Shown here piece by piece: positions 26,725 through 36,239 of a stretch of DNA of 62,636 bases. Location of the stretch: the NCBI GenBank assembly GCA_049520815.1, contig JBEKPL010000003.1, positions 1-62,636 of the forward strand, given 5' to 3'. The translations under genes and the position numbers were made by a program. Source of the stretch: Candidatus Limnocylindrales bacterium. Lineage in GTDB: Bacteria; Chloroflexota; Limnocylindria; Limnocylindrales; CSP1-4. The notes beneath the pieces were generated by a model. That model had not been told where the DNA came from and did not search any database. It was given only the letters and a program-made list of their open reading frames with translations. The first letter of the stretch is position 1. The number at the start of each line of letters is the position of its first letter.

Positions 26725-27189
26725 GTGGCACGGACCGAATCGGGCGAGCTTCAGGTGGGTCCCACCACCAGCCCATGGGACGGCGTCGCCGATCGGTTGC
26801 GCGCCAGCGGGCTGCGCTGGACTCCTCAGCGGCGAACCCTGGTCGAGGTGTTGCGCGAGCAGGAGGGCCACGTCACCGCAACTGAGCTGATAGCTCGTTG
26901 CCGCGAGCGCGACCAGACCACCACTCCCTCGACCGTGTATCGAACCCTCGACGTTCTGGAGGACTTCGGTCTGGTCAGGCACGGCCACGCTCCCGACGGC
27001 CGCGAGGAGTACCACGTTCTGCCCGACCAGGTTCACGGCCATCTCTACTGCGATGGCTGCGGCACCACGTGGGAGATCAGGCCGGAGACCGGGGCCTTGA
27101 TCGTGCGTGCGCTCGCGGCCGATCTCGGCTTTGCCGTGGACCTGACGCACGTAACGATTTCGGGACGCTGCCAGGGCTGTCACGACTAG
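26725..27189 (+). CDS. Fur-family metalloregulator (possibly Nur-like nickel or cobalt responsive)
   Basis: GTG start with GAGAGGA upstream. RWTPQRRTLVEVL...VTATEL winged helix, RHGH...EYH metal site, CDGC...CQGC structural Zn site. Confidence 0.85.
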   Translation: MARTESGELQVGPTTSPWDGVADRLRASGLRWTPQRRTLVEVLREQEGHVTATELIARCRERDQTTTPSTVYRTLDVLEDFGLVRHGHAPDGREEYHVLPDQVHGHLYCDGCGTTWEIRPETGALIVRALAADLGFAVDLTHVTISGRCQGCHD

Positions 27190-27261
27190 GCGGGCGGCGC
27201 GTCGCAGCCGTGCGACCTGCCTGTTCGGTCAGACTCCGACCGCAGCCGACCTAACCGGCGA

Positions 27262-27705
27262 TCAGGTCAACCGTACGTCCCCGAAGACGTGGCGCCGGCC
27301 CACGATCGTCACGGGCTCTTCGAAATGGATGCCGCCCGAAGGCTCGCGCCGGTAGCCGCACACCACCACGGCCGGGTCGCCGTCGCGGTGCTCGAGGTCG
27401 ATCGCGATCGCGTCCATCAGCCCGCCGCCCTCTTCGCGGGGAACGAGCGCGTCCCAGCAGACTGCACAGGCTCTGATGGTGCCCGTTCGTGCGGCCAGAC
27501 GAAATGTGGCGTAGAGCGCATCGACCATCAGCGGATTCGACGGCTCTGCCAGGGTCGGCGACACATCGACCAGGGCCAGCTGCCCACCGGCCGCGAGGCG
27601 AGCACCGAACGGCCGGAATCCGCCCGTCTCCTCGAGCATCGTCTCGGCAAGCCCGAGCAGCGGCGTGACCAGCTCGTCGAAGTCCGTCCGGATCGCCTGT
27701 TCCAT
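27262..27705 (-). CDS. Hypothetical protein (147 aa)
   Basis: AGGAG lies 5 nt before ATG 27705 (MEQAIRTDFDELV...). Balanced composition. The upstream part of ORF-track 27262..28470 is junk. Confidence 0.5.
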   Translation of the reverse strand: MEQAIRTDFDELVTPLLGLAETMLEETGGFRPFGARLAAGGQLALVDVSPTLAEPSNPLMVDALYATFRLAARTGTIRACAVCWDALVPREEGGGLMDAIAIDLEHRDGDPAVVVCGYRREPSGGIHFEEPVTIVGRRHVFGDVRLT

Positions 27706-27766
27706 CGTTGCTCCTGAGTGTGCCCGCTGCTCTCGAGCCGCAGCGTGACGGCACGTCGTCGCCCAA

Positions 27767-27859
27767 GAGGGATCGGACGGGCGAATGCCGGCTGGAATCC
27801 GGCGTCGCGGAGATGCTTTCCGGACCCGTCCGAGCGCCGCGATGCCAGTCCGATCCCTC
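27767..27859 (-). other. Structured intergenic element (12-bp closing stem with internal helices)
   Basis: GAGGGATCGGAC (27767..27778) pairs with GTCCGATCCCTC (27848..27859) across 69 nt. That spacer contains CCGG-N7-CCGG, CGCGG...CCGCG and GGAC-CC-GTCC helices. Confidence 0.3.
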
Positions 27860-27860
27860 G

Positions 27861-28538
27861 TCAGGACGGCCGGGAGCGAGCTTCTCGGGAATCGGCCGCT
27901 CCGGCGCGAAGCGCCGTCCATGCAGCCCAGCTCGCCAGGGCCATGCCGGCCGCGAAGACGGGCCACGGATACCAGCCCGGCATCCGACCGCTCATGAGTC
28001 CGGGAGCGTCGAGGGTGAAGCTCAGCACGACCAGCAGGCCGCCGGCGAGGCCGGTGGCGAATCGCTTGCTGTCCGCCTGCACAGGACGCCCGAGACGGCT
28101 CGCATAGGCGGCAGCCAGACCGAAGCCTATCAACGCCAGGCTCACGGCCACCGGCGCCCAGACGGGTCCGGCCCAAGGCACGGGAATGAGGAAGAGCAAA
28201 TCCCAGGTCCCAGGTGAGTGGGGCCAGCCGACGAAGACCCACAACCACCCGTAGTAGGCGATGTCCCAGGCACCGAAGGCGACCGCGGTCCAGGCCAGCC
28301 GATCCAGCCAGCGGCTTCCGGCCAGGCATCCGAGGGCGGCGAGCATCGCGAGCGTCGCAAGCTCGCGGCCTACCTCGATGGCGGCCAGGTCCCCCACCGC
28401 TTCCGGCCCGCGCAGAGGGAAGAGCTGGTCCGGCGAGATCGAGAGGGCGCGCTGCAGGTACACGACGCACGCCGATTCCAGGTAGGCCATGGCAACGGCG
28501 AAGACGACGACCGTCAGGGCGAGCGTTCGAAACCGCAT
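27861..28538 (-). CDS. Hypothetical integral membrane protein
   Basis: AGGAGG before ATG 28538 (MRFRTLALTVVVFAVAMAYL...). About 6 TM helices, Trp-rich. Confidence 0.6.
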   Translation of the reverse strand: MRFRTLALTVVVFAVAMAYLESACVVYLQRALSISPDQLFPLRGPEAVGDLAAIEVGRELATLAMLAALGCLAGSRWLDRLAWTAVAFGAWDIAYYGWLWVFVGWPHSPGTWDLLFLIPVPWAGPVWAPVAVSLALIGFGLAAAYASRLGRPVQADSKRFATGLAGGLLVVLSFTLDAPGLMSGRMPGWYPWPVFAAGMALASWAAWTALRAGAADSREARSRPS

Positions 28539-28631
28539 GCGCGCCTCCTGGCTGGCAGGCGTCAGACTACCGGATGGCAGCACGCCGGACCTTCTTCTCC
28601 GTCGCCGATGCGGCCGCCGGCCTGGGGACTG

Positions 28632-29006
28632 CTAGGCGGCGGGGAGCTGCTGCGCGATGGCGTTTCGCAGACCGACAGCGATGTTGTAGCACTGCTGCTT
28701 CATGCGGGTTTCCATCCCGAGGAGCGTGATCGCGAAACCCATCCCCTCCGCCACGCTGACGGTCACCTGGCGCCCTCCCGGGCCCTCGATGACGTCGATC
28801 ACGATGTCCGTGGGAAGCCAGTCCAGGGGCACGAATGCGCCGCCGATGATCCGCGTCATGAGCCATGACCCGAGCTTGCCGATCACCCGAGCGCCCATGA
28901 CCACCGGCTTGCCGCCCTTGGCCCCGAGCACCTTGTAGGCGGCCTCGACGCACTGCTGGGGGCTCGCAGAGGTCATGGCCGACTCCTGGTAGAAGAACCG
29001 CGGCAT
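28632..29006 (-). CDS. Hypothetical protein (124 aa)
   Basis: GAGGAGGG lies about 8 nt before ATG 29006 (MPRFFYQESAMTS...), 30 nt downstream of tRNA-Arg. Confidence 0.45.
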   Translation of the reverse strand: MPRFFYQESAMTSASPQQCVEAAYKVLGAKGGKPVVMGARVIGKLGSWLMTRIIGGAFVPLDWLPTDIVIDVIEGPGGRQVTVSVAEGMGFAITLLGMETRMKQQCYNIAVGLRNAIAQQLPAA

Positions 29007-29035
29007 AGCGGTATCCCTCCTCGGCTGGCGCAAGC

Positions 29036-29111
29036 GTGGCGCCCCCGGCCGGACTCGAACCGACGACGCCCGCCTTAGGACGGCGGCGCTCTGTCCACTG
29101 AGCTACGGGGG
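29036..29111 (-). tRNA. tRNA-Arg (anticodon CCT), CCA encoded
   Basis: Reverse complement is GCCCCCGTAGCTCAGTGGACAGAGCGCCGCCGTCCTAAGGCGGGCGTCGTCGGTTCGAGTCCGGCCGGGGGCGCCA. The anticodon stem CCGCC/GGCGG encloses CCT. Confidence 0.9.
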
Positions 29112-29160
29112 CTCACGGCGATGTTACCGCGTCCCGAGGCTAGCGCGGCAGATCAGGCCG

Positions 29161-30021
29161 CTACTCCGGCTCGAACCTGAAGCGGGCGCGGTCGCGAACC
29201 AGGCGCCCCACCGGATGCCGGGGCTCGTGGGAGAGGACGATCGTCCAGCCCTCGTCGGCGGCGCGGGCGAAGAGCCTAGCCTTGACGGCCACGGAGTCGA
29301 GCGGGAAGTCGTCGAAGGCCGTGACCCACTTTGGATTGGCGCTCCACGGCCGCATGAACAGGTCGCCGAAGAAGGCCAGCGTCCCCTTGCGGCCACGAAC
29401 GATCACTCCCTGGTGACCGGCCGAGTGGCCGCCGGTGGGGACGACAGAGACGCCCGGTAGTATCTCCGCTTCGCCATCCACGGTTCCGGACAAGCCGAGG
29501 TCGCGGACGAGCCGCAGCTCCGGCTGGTCGTAGCTGGCCACGAGGCGCGGATTATCGCCCAGCGCTATCTGCCACTCGGCGAGCTGAGCCACGAAGCTTG
29601 CCCTCGGGAACGCGCGCGAGCCGTCCGCCTGCAACACTCCGCCGGCGTGGTCGTAATGGAGGTGGCTCACGGCCACCACGTCCACCGTGTCCGCCGCGAA
29701 CCCGGCCGCCCCCAGGGCCGGCAGGATCCAGGGTCCCTGGTAGCTACGCATCCGGCGACCCTTGTCGTCGATTCGGTCCCCGATCCCGGTCTCGACCAGA
29801 GCCCGCCCCGAGGCCGTCTCCACCAGCAGGCAGTTGAGCGCCTGGAGCAGGCGGTGATCCTCGTCGATCTCATCGACAACGAGCCGGTCCCACATCAGTC
29901 GCGGCACGACTCCCAGCAGCGCCCCGGCGTCGGAGCGGAACGTACCCGCCTGGATCAGAGCGACGCGCGTCCCACCGCCGAGCTCGGCAGACCAGGGGAC
30001 CGCGTCGTTGAGTGTCGTCAT
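29161..30021 (-). CDS. MBL-fold metallo-hydrolase (lactonase-like HxHxDH)
   Basis: [25 protein letters not shown] overlap with the dcd stop. Confidence 0.85.
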   Translation of the reverse strand: MTTLNDAVPWSAELGGGTRVALIQAGTFRSDAGALLGVVPRLMWDRLVVDEIDEDHRLLQALNCLLVETASGRALVETGIGDRIDDKGRRMRSYQGPWILPALGAAGFAADTVDVVAVSHLHYDHAGGVLQADGSRAFPRASFVAQLAEWQIALGDNPRLVASYDQPELRLVRDLGLSGTVDGEAEILPGVSVVPTGGHSAGHQGVIVRGRKGTLAFFGDLFMRPWSANPKWVTAFDDFPLDSVAVKARLFARAADEGWTIVLSHEPRHPVGRLVRDRARFRFEPE

Positions 30022-30626
30022 CGACCGGGTCGAGCGGAGCCGTCCACGCCCCGGCGGCCCTGCTCGAAGTCCTCGAAGTAGGCCGAGGCCGTCGGTTCGG
30101 ACTGACCCTGGTACTTCGACCCGAGTCCAGTCGATCCGTACGGTCGGTTCACCGGGCTGGACATGGCGAAGAAGCTGATCTGGCCGATCTTCATGCCGAA
30201 GTACAGCGCGATCGGGAGATTGGCGACGTTCGACAGCTCGAGCGTCAGCTTGCCCCTCCAGCCCGGGTCGACGTAGCCGGCGGTCGAATGGATGAGCAGG
30301 CCCAACCGGCCGAGCGACGACTTCCCTTCCAGCCGAGCCACCAGGTCGTCCGGCAGCTCAACCCATTCGAGTGTCTGGCCCAGCACGAACTCACCGGGAT
30401 GGAGCACGAAAGGCTCGTCGTCGGCCACGCTGAGCAGCTCGGTCAGGTCCGGCTGGGGCACGCGAACGTCGATGAATGCGTAGCGGCTGTTCCGGAAGAC
30501 ACGGAAGCTGCGATCGAGATGGAGGTCGATCGAGGAGGGCTGCAGGTCGGCCTCGTCGTAAGGCTCGACCTTGACCCGATCGGCTGCCAGCGCGACCGCT
30601 ATGTCGCGATCCGACAGGACGCTCAT
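30018..30626 (-). CDS. dcd: dCTP deaminase
   Basis: MSVLSDRDI...QPSSIDLHL...[36 protein letters not shown] 30626 overlaps the nrdR stop (ATGA). Confidence 0.93.
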   Translation of the reverse strand: MSVLSDRDIAVALAADRVKVEPYDEADLQPSSIDLHLDRSFRVFRNSRYAFIDVRVPQPDLTELLSVADDEPFVLHPGEFVLGQTLEWVELPDDLVARLEGKSSLGRLGLLIHSTAGYVDPGWRGKLTLELSNVANLPIALYFGMKIGQISFFAMSSPVNRPYGSTGLGSKYQGQSEPTASAYFEDFEQGRRGVDGSARPGR

Positions 30627-31096
30627 TTGACCGTGGCTCCGCTCTCGCGCTGCGCGTACAGGTTGTCCACCTCTCGCTTGAGCGCCTCGAGGTCCTCGAA
30701 ACTCTGATAGACGCTGGCGAATCTGATGTACGCGATCTGGTCCAGTGCTCGGAGCTTGTCCATTGCCAGGCGGCCGATCTCCGACGACTCCACCTCCGTG
30801 GCGCCTCCGGCCCGCAACTGAGCTTCTATCTGATCGGCGGCCTGCTCGGCGGCGTCGTCCGGCAACGGCCGCCGGGTCAGGGCCTTGCGGAACCCCGAGA
30901 CGAGCTTCTCGCGGTCGAAGTCCTGGCGCGAGCCGTCCCGTTTGACGACCACGAGTCGCGGCGCCTCGATCCGCTCGTAGGTCGTGAAGCGAGTGCCGCA
31001 GGTCTCGCATTCGCGCCGCCGGCGGATGCTGACGTCGTCGAGGTCCCGGGAATCGACGACCCGCGTCTCTCGCTCGGCACACCGCGGACAACGCAT
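30623..31096 (-). CDS. nrdR: Transcriptional repressor NrdR
   Basis: [19 protein letters not shown]...[20 protein letters not shown] zinc ribbon plus ATP-cone. Confidence 0.95.
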   Translation of the reverse strand: MRCPRCAERETRVVDSRDLDDVSIRRRRECETCGTRFTTYERIEAPRLVVVKRDGSRQDFDREKLVSGFRKALTRRPLPDDAAEQAADQIEAQLRAGGATEVESSEIGRLAMDKLRALDQIAYIRFASVYQSFEDLEALKREVDNLYAQRESGATVK

Positions 31097-31177
31097 CGGT
31101 TTCCGACCTCCTGCACGCCACCTCCGATGGCTCCAGGGAGGATAGCACCGCCCGCCGAAGGCTCCGTCGGCCCGGCC

Positions 31178-31720
31178 TCAGCCGCCCCGCGACCACCTGC
31201 CGGCGTCGCCGTCGGCCTCTCGGGCTATCTGCTCGCCTCTGGTGCGGATCGCCTCTCTGGCGTGGACCAGGTTGAGGTAGCCTCGCTTGACCGCCGTCTC
31301 GCCTTCGCCGATATGCTCGACCGCCCGCTCCAGCATCAGCTGGCGTCCGTGCTCGATCAGATCGACGGCACGCTGGGCCCGCTCGATCTCGGCGACCAGG
31401 CTCGCTCCGGCCTCGTGGCCCGGGTTCCTGCGAGCGATCGCTTCCGCCTCCTCAGCGTAGCGGCGCAGTGCGTCGGCCGAGGCGCGCAGGCTGGGCGCTC
31501 CGGACTCGGGGCCGGATTTCCTGCGGCGCAGGTCGTCGACGATCGCGCATAGCTCCATCAGCGAGATGTCCGCGCGATGGGCGAGGTCGGCCGCGGCTCT
31601 GTCCTGCTGTGCGTTGCGGCGCAGCTCTCCGCCGACGATCAGGACCCGCCACACCACATAGACGGCTACGACGCCCATCGCGAAAGAGACGACGAGTGGG
31701 GCCAGCGCGTCGACCGACAT
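31178..31720 (-). CDS. Hypothetical membrane-anchored protein
   Basis: N-terminal [26 protein letters not shown] followed by a helical, charged domain. Confidence 0.45.
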   Translation of the reverse strand: MSVDALAPLVVSFAMGVVAVYVVWRVLIVGGELRRNAQQDRAAADLAHRADISLMELCAIVDDLRRRKSGPESGAPSLRASADALRRYAEEAEAIARRNPGHEAGASLVAEIERAQRAVDLIEHGRQLMLERAVEHIGEGETAVKRGYLNLVHAREAIRTRGEQIAREADGDAGRWSRGG

Positions 31721-31920
31721 GGCTGTGCCTCAGGCTCGAAGGGATAGCGGATGGCAGCGGTCGTTCATCGAAGAGACCAACTGGCACGTCCTCCGGCGCA
31801 GCGACTCCCCCCACTCTAGCGAATGACGGACCTGGGCGAGTGACGGACCCGTCGGCGAGGCTCACCTCCGTCCCGCCGGAGAGCGGGTCGCTAGGGCGCC
31901 CCCCTGCGCGGCAGCGGCCG

Positions 31921-32544
31921 CTACGCGGGGCCGCCTCGAGCGGCGCTTCCGCCGACGCGACGTGCGCTCCGGGCCCCTCGGGGCGGCTTCTGCCCGCCCC
32001 CGGGCTCTCTCTGGCGACGCCACGCATCCTGTTCACCGGCCACGGCCGATACCAGCCTGACCGATCGGATCGCAGCCTCGGGCTCTGCTTCCCGGACCAT
32101 GTCGTAGACGGTCAGGGCGGCCACGGCGGCGGCCGTCAGGGCCTCCATCTCGACGCCGCTCGCGCCCACGGCAGCGGTCTCGCTGCGGATTCGTACGGCA
32201 CCAGCCGCCCGGTCCGGGACCGCCTTCACGAGCAGATCCGTCAGCCCGCCGGAATGGACCAGTGGAATGAGGTCGCTCGCTCGCTTGCCGGCCATCACAC
32301 CCGCCAGCTCGGCCACGCTCAGCACGTCGCCCTTTGGATTCGTGCCATCCACGATGGCGCTCAGCGTCTCCTGAGAGACCGCGACCTCTGCCTCGGCCAC
32401 GGCACGGTGGACCGTGCGGGGCCCTTCGGTCAGGTCGGGCATTCGCGGCCGCGCAATCCTCTCGACGTGCCCCGACCTCCGCCGTCCCGAACGCGACCGG
32501 TCCTCGAAGATGTCGCCCCCGCCAGGCCTCGCCTGCGAAGTCAT
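31921..32544 (-). CDS. moaC: Cyclic pyranopterin monophosphate synthase MoaC with a basic C-terminal tail
   Basis: NPKGDVLSVAELAGVMAGKRASDLIPLVH...VEMEALTAAAVAALTVYDMV. No other moa genes in the window. Confidence 0.85.
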   Translation of the reverse strand: MTSQARPGGGDIFEDRSRSGRRRSGHVERIARPRMPDLTEGPRTVHRAVAEAEVAVSQETLSAIVDGTNPKGDVLSVAELAGVMAGKRASDLIPLVHSGGLTDLLVKAVPDRAAGAVRIRSETAAVGASGVEMEALTAAAVAALTVYDMVREAEPEAAIRSVRLVSAVAGEQDAWRRQREPGGGQKPPRGARSARRVGGSAARGGPA

Positions 32545-32640
32545 GCCAGGCCCTCCTCAACTGTCAGCCGGCCGATCGCCGGACGGAGCGCGGCCGTGGT
32601 CGCATCGGGCGGCCCAGAGGCCACGGCGCCGGGCGTGGGT

Positions 32641-33834
32641 TCAGAGGCCACCAAATCCACCCCGTTTGTCCTGTCCGGTCACAAGCTTCTCGCGCTGCTG
32701 CTCCTCCGCCTTCGCATGGACGAGCCGGGCTGCCGAACGACGTGTGACGAGCGCCAAGGCGCTTCCGGCCGGGCCGACCAGGAGGGCGTCCAGACCGGAA
32801 CGCTCCAGCGTCTCCAGCGCGGCCCACAGGCCGGTGTCTGCGCTAACGCGGGGGACATTGGCGATGGGAACCATTACCTGCTCCGTCCGTATGCTGGTCC
32901 ACGACCGCCGCGGGATTCGGCGGATCTGGGCGGTCCCGATCAGGCCCAGCAGTTCCGCTCCCCGTTCGACGAGGGCGGCCGTGCCGAGCAGCTCACCAAG
33001 ATAGTCGCCCGCGAACACGTCGAGGGTCAGTTGGGGTGGCACCCGGGCCGGGTCCGGGTCGGTGGCGTCGCTAACGCGCACCCCCGCCACCAGGCCCTGG
33101 AGCAAGGCTCGGCGATCGAGCAAACGGCTGGACCCGAGGATCAGCCAACCCGCAATCACCAGTGCCAAACCGGCGAACGGGTCCGTGACGGCCATGGTCA
33201 CCGCTCCCGTAACCATGAGCCCTCCGCCGACGTAGCGACCCACTCGAACGGCAGCCGCCGTGGCGGCGGCTTCCTGGCCGGTCCGGCGCCATGCCACGGC
33301 GTGGAGGATGCGGGCACCATCCATCGGGTAGCCCGGAATGAGGTTCACGAAACCCAGGAAAGCGTTGAACACGCACACCATGACGATCACGAATTGGATC
33401 GCCTGCAGGCCCTGGGGCGCTCGGTCGATGTCGATCGCGCCGTACGTGAGGAGCGCGGCGGCTGCGCCGAGAATGACCGTAGCTGCGAGGCTCAGAGCCG
33501 GGCCGGCGAGCGCGGTCCGGAACTCCTGTCCCGGCGTTCGAGGTCTCACCTCCATCACGAACGTGCCGCCGAGCAGCTGAACCACCACTACGGGCCCCTC
33601 CATCCCGTTCCTTCGGGCCACCGCGACGTGGGCCAGCTCGTGGGCCGTCACCGATACGAAGACCAGCGCGGCCGTGGCGATGGAAGTGCCCCACGCCAGA
33701 AGCGCCGGCCAGTCGGAGCCGCCGCCCGAAGTCAGCTCGAGGCCGAAAACGACGGTGATGAAGGCGAGGATCGGGATCCAGCTCCAATGGGCCCGTACCT
33801 CCGTGCCGAAGAGGCGGCCGAGCGGAACGTTCAT
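32641..33834 (-). CDS. Site-2 (M50) metalloprotease with CBS pair
   Basis: Start MNVPLGRLFG (ATGA overlap with the upstream stop). HELAHVAVARRNG, NLIPGYPMDGARIL, C-terminal CBS-like region. Confidence 0.85.
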   Translation of the reverse strand: MNVPLGRLFGTEVRAHWSWIPILAFITVVFGLELTSGGGSDWPALLAWGTSIATAALVFVSVTAHELAHVAVARRNGMEGPVVVVQLLGGTFVMEVRPRTPGQEFRTALAGPALSLAATVILGAAAALLTYGAIDIDRAPQGLQAIQFVIVMVCVFNAFLGFVNLIPGYPMDGARILHAVAWRRTGQEAAATAAAVRVGRYVGGGLMVTGAVTMAVTDPFAGLALVIAGWLILGSSRLLDRRALLQGLVAGVRVSDATDPDPARVPPQLTLDVFAGDYLGELLGTAALVERGAELLGLIGTAQIRRIPRRSWTSIRTEQVMVPIANVPRVSADTGLWAALETLERSGLDALLVGPAGSALALVTRRSAARLVHAKAEEQQREKLVTGQDKRGGFGGL

Positions 33835-34520
33835 CGTGTCGCCTCCGGCGTGCCGGCCGTGTCGGTGAGATCCACCGCCCGGCCGAGGTGCCGACAACCA
33901 TACGCGACGCCGAGCGAAAGGATGAGGACGGCGACGGCCAGGGCCACGCTGGTCTCCGACCAGAACTGGTCCGGGAAGAGCTGCACGAGCTTCTCGGTCC
34001 GCGGATCGAAGGTGTACGTGCCCGGCGGAAAGAAGACCTCGTGGAATAACCCGAAGGCCTGGTCGAAGAAGACGGCGAAGGCCAGTCCCACGACGATCAC
34101 GCCGCCCGCCAGCACAGAGGCCCCTGCCGCCGCGGCCCGCCAGAACCAGCGCCGCCCGCGGCTTGCCAGGCCGATAGCGGCGAGCAGCACGGCCGCAACC
34201 AGGGCCGCGCCGCCCAGGCCGGCGAGCACGGTGCGGACGTCCGCCATGTGGCCTCGCTCGCGCTCATCGAGAACGGGCTGGCCGTCCACCGCGACATCGA
34301 ACGTGGGGGGTCCGAGCACGAGATCGGAGAGGATGCTTCCGGTCACCTCCCGAAGCTGCGATGGCGTATAGCCGGTCAGGCCCGCCACATTGGTGCGATC
34401 CTGGTCGAAGCCCACCCAGATCGGATTGAGGAACAACAGGACTGCCACCGCGACGATGACGAACGGGGTGGCCACCGCGGCGCCGACCGCCGCGACACGT
34501 TCCAGGGGCGAGAGTCTCAC
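33831..34520 (-). CDS. TIGR01906/DUF1461-like integral membrane protein
   Basis: 229 aa, N-terminal TM, FDQDRTNVAGLTGYTPSQL...ERERGHMADV, three C-terminal TMs. Family assignment is from memory. Confidence 0.55.
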   Translation of the reverse strand: MRLSPLERVAAVGAAVATPFVIVAVAVLLFLNPIWVGFDQDRTNVAGLTGYTPSQLREVTGSILSDLVLGPPTFDVAVDGQPVLDERERGHMADVRTVLAGLGGAALVAAVLLAAIGLASRGRRWFWRAAAAGASVLAGGVIVVGLAFAVFFDQAFGLFHEVFFPPGTYTFDPRTEKLVQLFPDQFWSETSVALAVAVLILSLGVAYGCRHLGRAVDLTDTAGTPEATR

Positions 34521-34577
34521 GCGGCCATCGTAGCGCCTGGAGGCTGATCGCCCGCGAGCGCAGGGCGGGCCGGTGAA

Positions 34578-36122
34578 TCAGTAGGGCGAAGACCCCAGCG
34601 CGGCGGCCTCGCGGCGGACGATCTGCCAGACCAGATCCAGGTCGGCGTCCTCCGTCCTCAGGTTGGCGATCGCCACCCGAATCACGAAGCGGCCGTTGAG
34701 TCTCGTGTGCGACAGGAAGGTCTGACCGGTGCGATTGATGGCCTCCATGAGCCTGGTGTTGAGCTCGTCCAGGCGCTTGGCCACGGCAGGGTCGTCTCGA
34801 TTGGCTGCCAGTGCGGTGGGCACATGCCGGAAACAGATCGTCGAGAACGGCACGGGAGCGAGGCGTTCGAACTCCGGATCGGCGTCCACCCAGCCGGCGA
34901 ACCGTTGGGCCATGGCCAGGTGGCGGTCGATGCGACGGCGCAACCCTGCCAGGCCGAAGTACCGCACAATCATCCACAGCTTGAGCGCCCGCAGGCGACG
35001 GCCCAGGGTGGGCGTGTACTCGTTGTAGTCGCGAATCGGGCCGTCCCGGTCGAGTGTTCGGAGGTACTCCGGCACGAGGCTGAAGGCGTCACGCAACACC
35101 TCCATCCGGCGTGTCAGCAGCAGCGAGGCGTCGACGGGCGTGAAGAACCACTTGTGCGGATTGGTGACGACCGAGTCGGCGTCTTCCCAACCGGTGAACG
35201 GACCGCGTCGCTCCGGGATCAGGGCCACGGCGCCGGCGTAGGCCGCATCCACGTGCAGCCAGATGCCTTCGCGACGGGCGATGCGGGCCATCTCGGCGAT
35301 CGGGTCGGACGACGTGGTGGATGTCGTGCCGACCGTCCCGACGAGCGCGATCGGTCGAACCCCGGCCTTTCGGTCGAGCGTGATCGCCTCCTCCAACGCG
35401 TCGATCCGCAGCTCGAAGCGATCGTTCGTGGGTATCTTCGAGAGACCGGCTCGGCCAAGGCCGAGGGTCATGCAGGCCTTCTCGATCGACGAGTGAGCCT
35501 CGGCGGAGGCGTAGACCCGGAGCGCAGGCACGTCAGTCCGCCCCGCCAGGCCGCCGCCGGCCGCGTCCAGGCCCGCCGCCTGGCGGGCCGCGGCCAGGGC
35601 CAGCAGCGACGAGGTCGACGCCGTGTCGGTCAGCAGGCCGTCGAATTCCGGCGGCAGGCCGAGCCCCTGGCGCAGCCAGTCGACCACCACTCCCTCGAGC
35701 TCGGTGCCGGCGGGACTGGTCCGCCACAACATCGAGTTCGAGTTGAGCACGGCCGTCAGCATCTCGCCGATGATGCCCGGCCCCGAGGCAGAGCTGCTGA
35801 AGTAGGCCAGAAATCGAGGGTGCTGCCAGTGAGTGACGTTGGGCTCGAAGAGACGGCGGTAGTCGTCGAGGATGGTCCCGATCGGCTCGGGCTGCTCGGG
35901 GGGCTGCGCCGGAAACAGTGGCCGCAGCGAGCCCGGCTCCAGCTGCGGCATGACGGGCCTGTCCGCGACGCCGCTCAGATAGTCGGCCATGATGTCGACG
36001 GCGGCGTGGGCAGCCGCTCGGAAGTCGTCGATCTCCATGTCGCCCAAGCCGGAGATCTGTTGAGCGTCGAGATCACCGTCTCCGGGAAGGTGCTGCGAGA
36101 TATCCGCGCGTCCGGCCACCAT
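34578..36122 (-). CDS. Group II PLP-dependent (aromatic amino acid-type) decarboxylase
   Basis: HWQHPRFLAYF, SIEKA, DAAYAGA, NPHKWFFTPVDAS (PLP-Lys motif). The start may instead be Met29 (MEIDDFR, 36038). Confidence 0.85.
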   Translation of the reverse strand: MVAGRADISQHLPGDGDLDAQQISGLGDMEIDDFRAAAHAAVDIMADYLSGVADRPVMPQLEPGSLRPLFPAQPPEQPEPIGTILDDYRRLFEPNVTHWQHPRFLAYFSSSASGPGIIGEMLTAVLNSNSMLWRTSPAGTELEGVVVDWLRQGLGLPPEFDGLLTDTASTSSLLALAAARQAAGLDAAGGGLAGRTDVPALRVYASAEAHSSIEKACMTLGLGRAGLSKIPTNDRFELRIDALEEAITLDRKAGVRPIALVGTVGTTSTTSSDPIAEMARIARREGIWLHVDAAYAGAVALIPERRGPFTGWEDADSVVTNPHKWFFTPVDASLLLTRRMEVLRDAFSLVPEYLRTLDRDGPIRDYNEYTPTLGRRLRALKLWMIVRYFGLAGLRRRIDRHLAMAQRFAGWVDADPEFERLAPVPFSTICFRHVPTALAANRDDPAVAKRLDELNTRLMEAINRTGQTFLSHTRLNGRFVIRVAIANLRTEDADLDLVWQIVRREAAALGSSPY

Positions 36123-36239
36123 TCGTCACTCGTCCAGGCTCACCCGGATCCGGCCGCGCTCGCGAGCCTTGGATCCCGGCCGAGTTTACCCCGGGCCGCC
36201 CCGTTCGGCCGGAGCGGAGATCACGGGGCCGCGGGGCGC

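Noticed and set aside
26659-27183. 174-aa minus-strand ORF opposite the Fur-family gene
   Set aside because: The plus-strand frame has clear Fur-family motifs (winged helix, HxH site, two CxxC pairs) and an SD. The minus frame has none.
31468-34371. 967-aa plus-strand ORF, and similar giants at 34707..37430 (907 aa), 45912..48647 (911 aa), 24763..26628 (621 aa), 40172..41992 (606 aa) and 54580..56340 (586 aa)
   Set aside because: All lie antisense to well-supported minus-strand genes. Their translations are Arg/Pro/Gly/Ala-rich low-complexity strings with no recognisable motifs. Such shadow ORFs are expected in stop-poor high-GC DNA.
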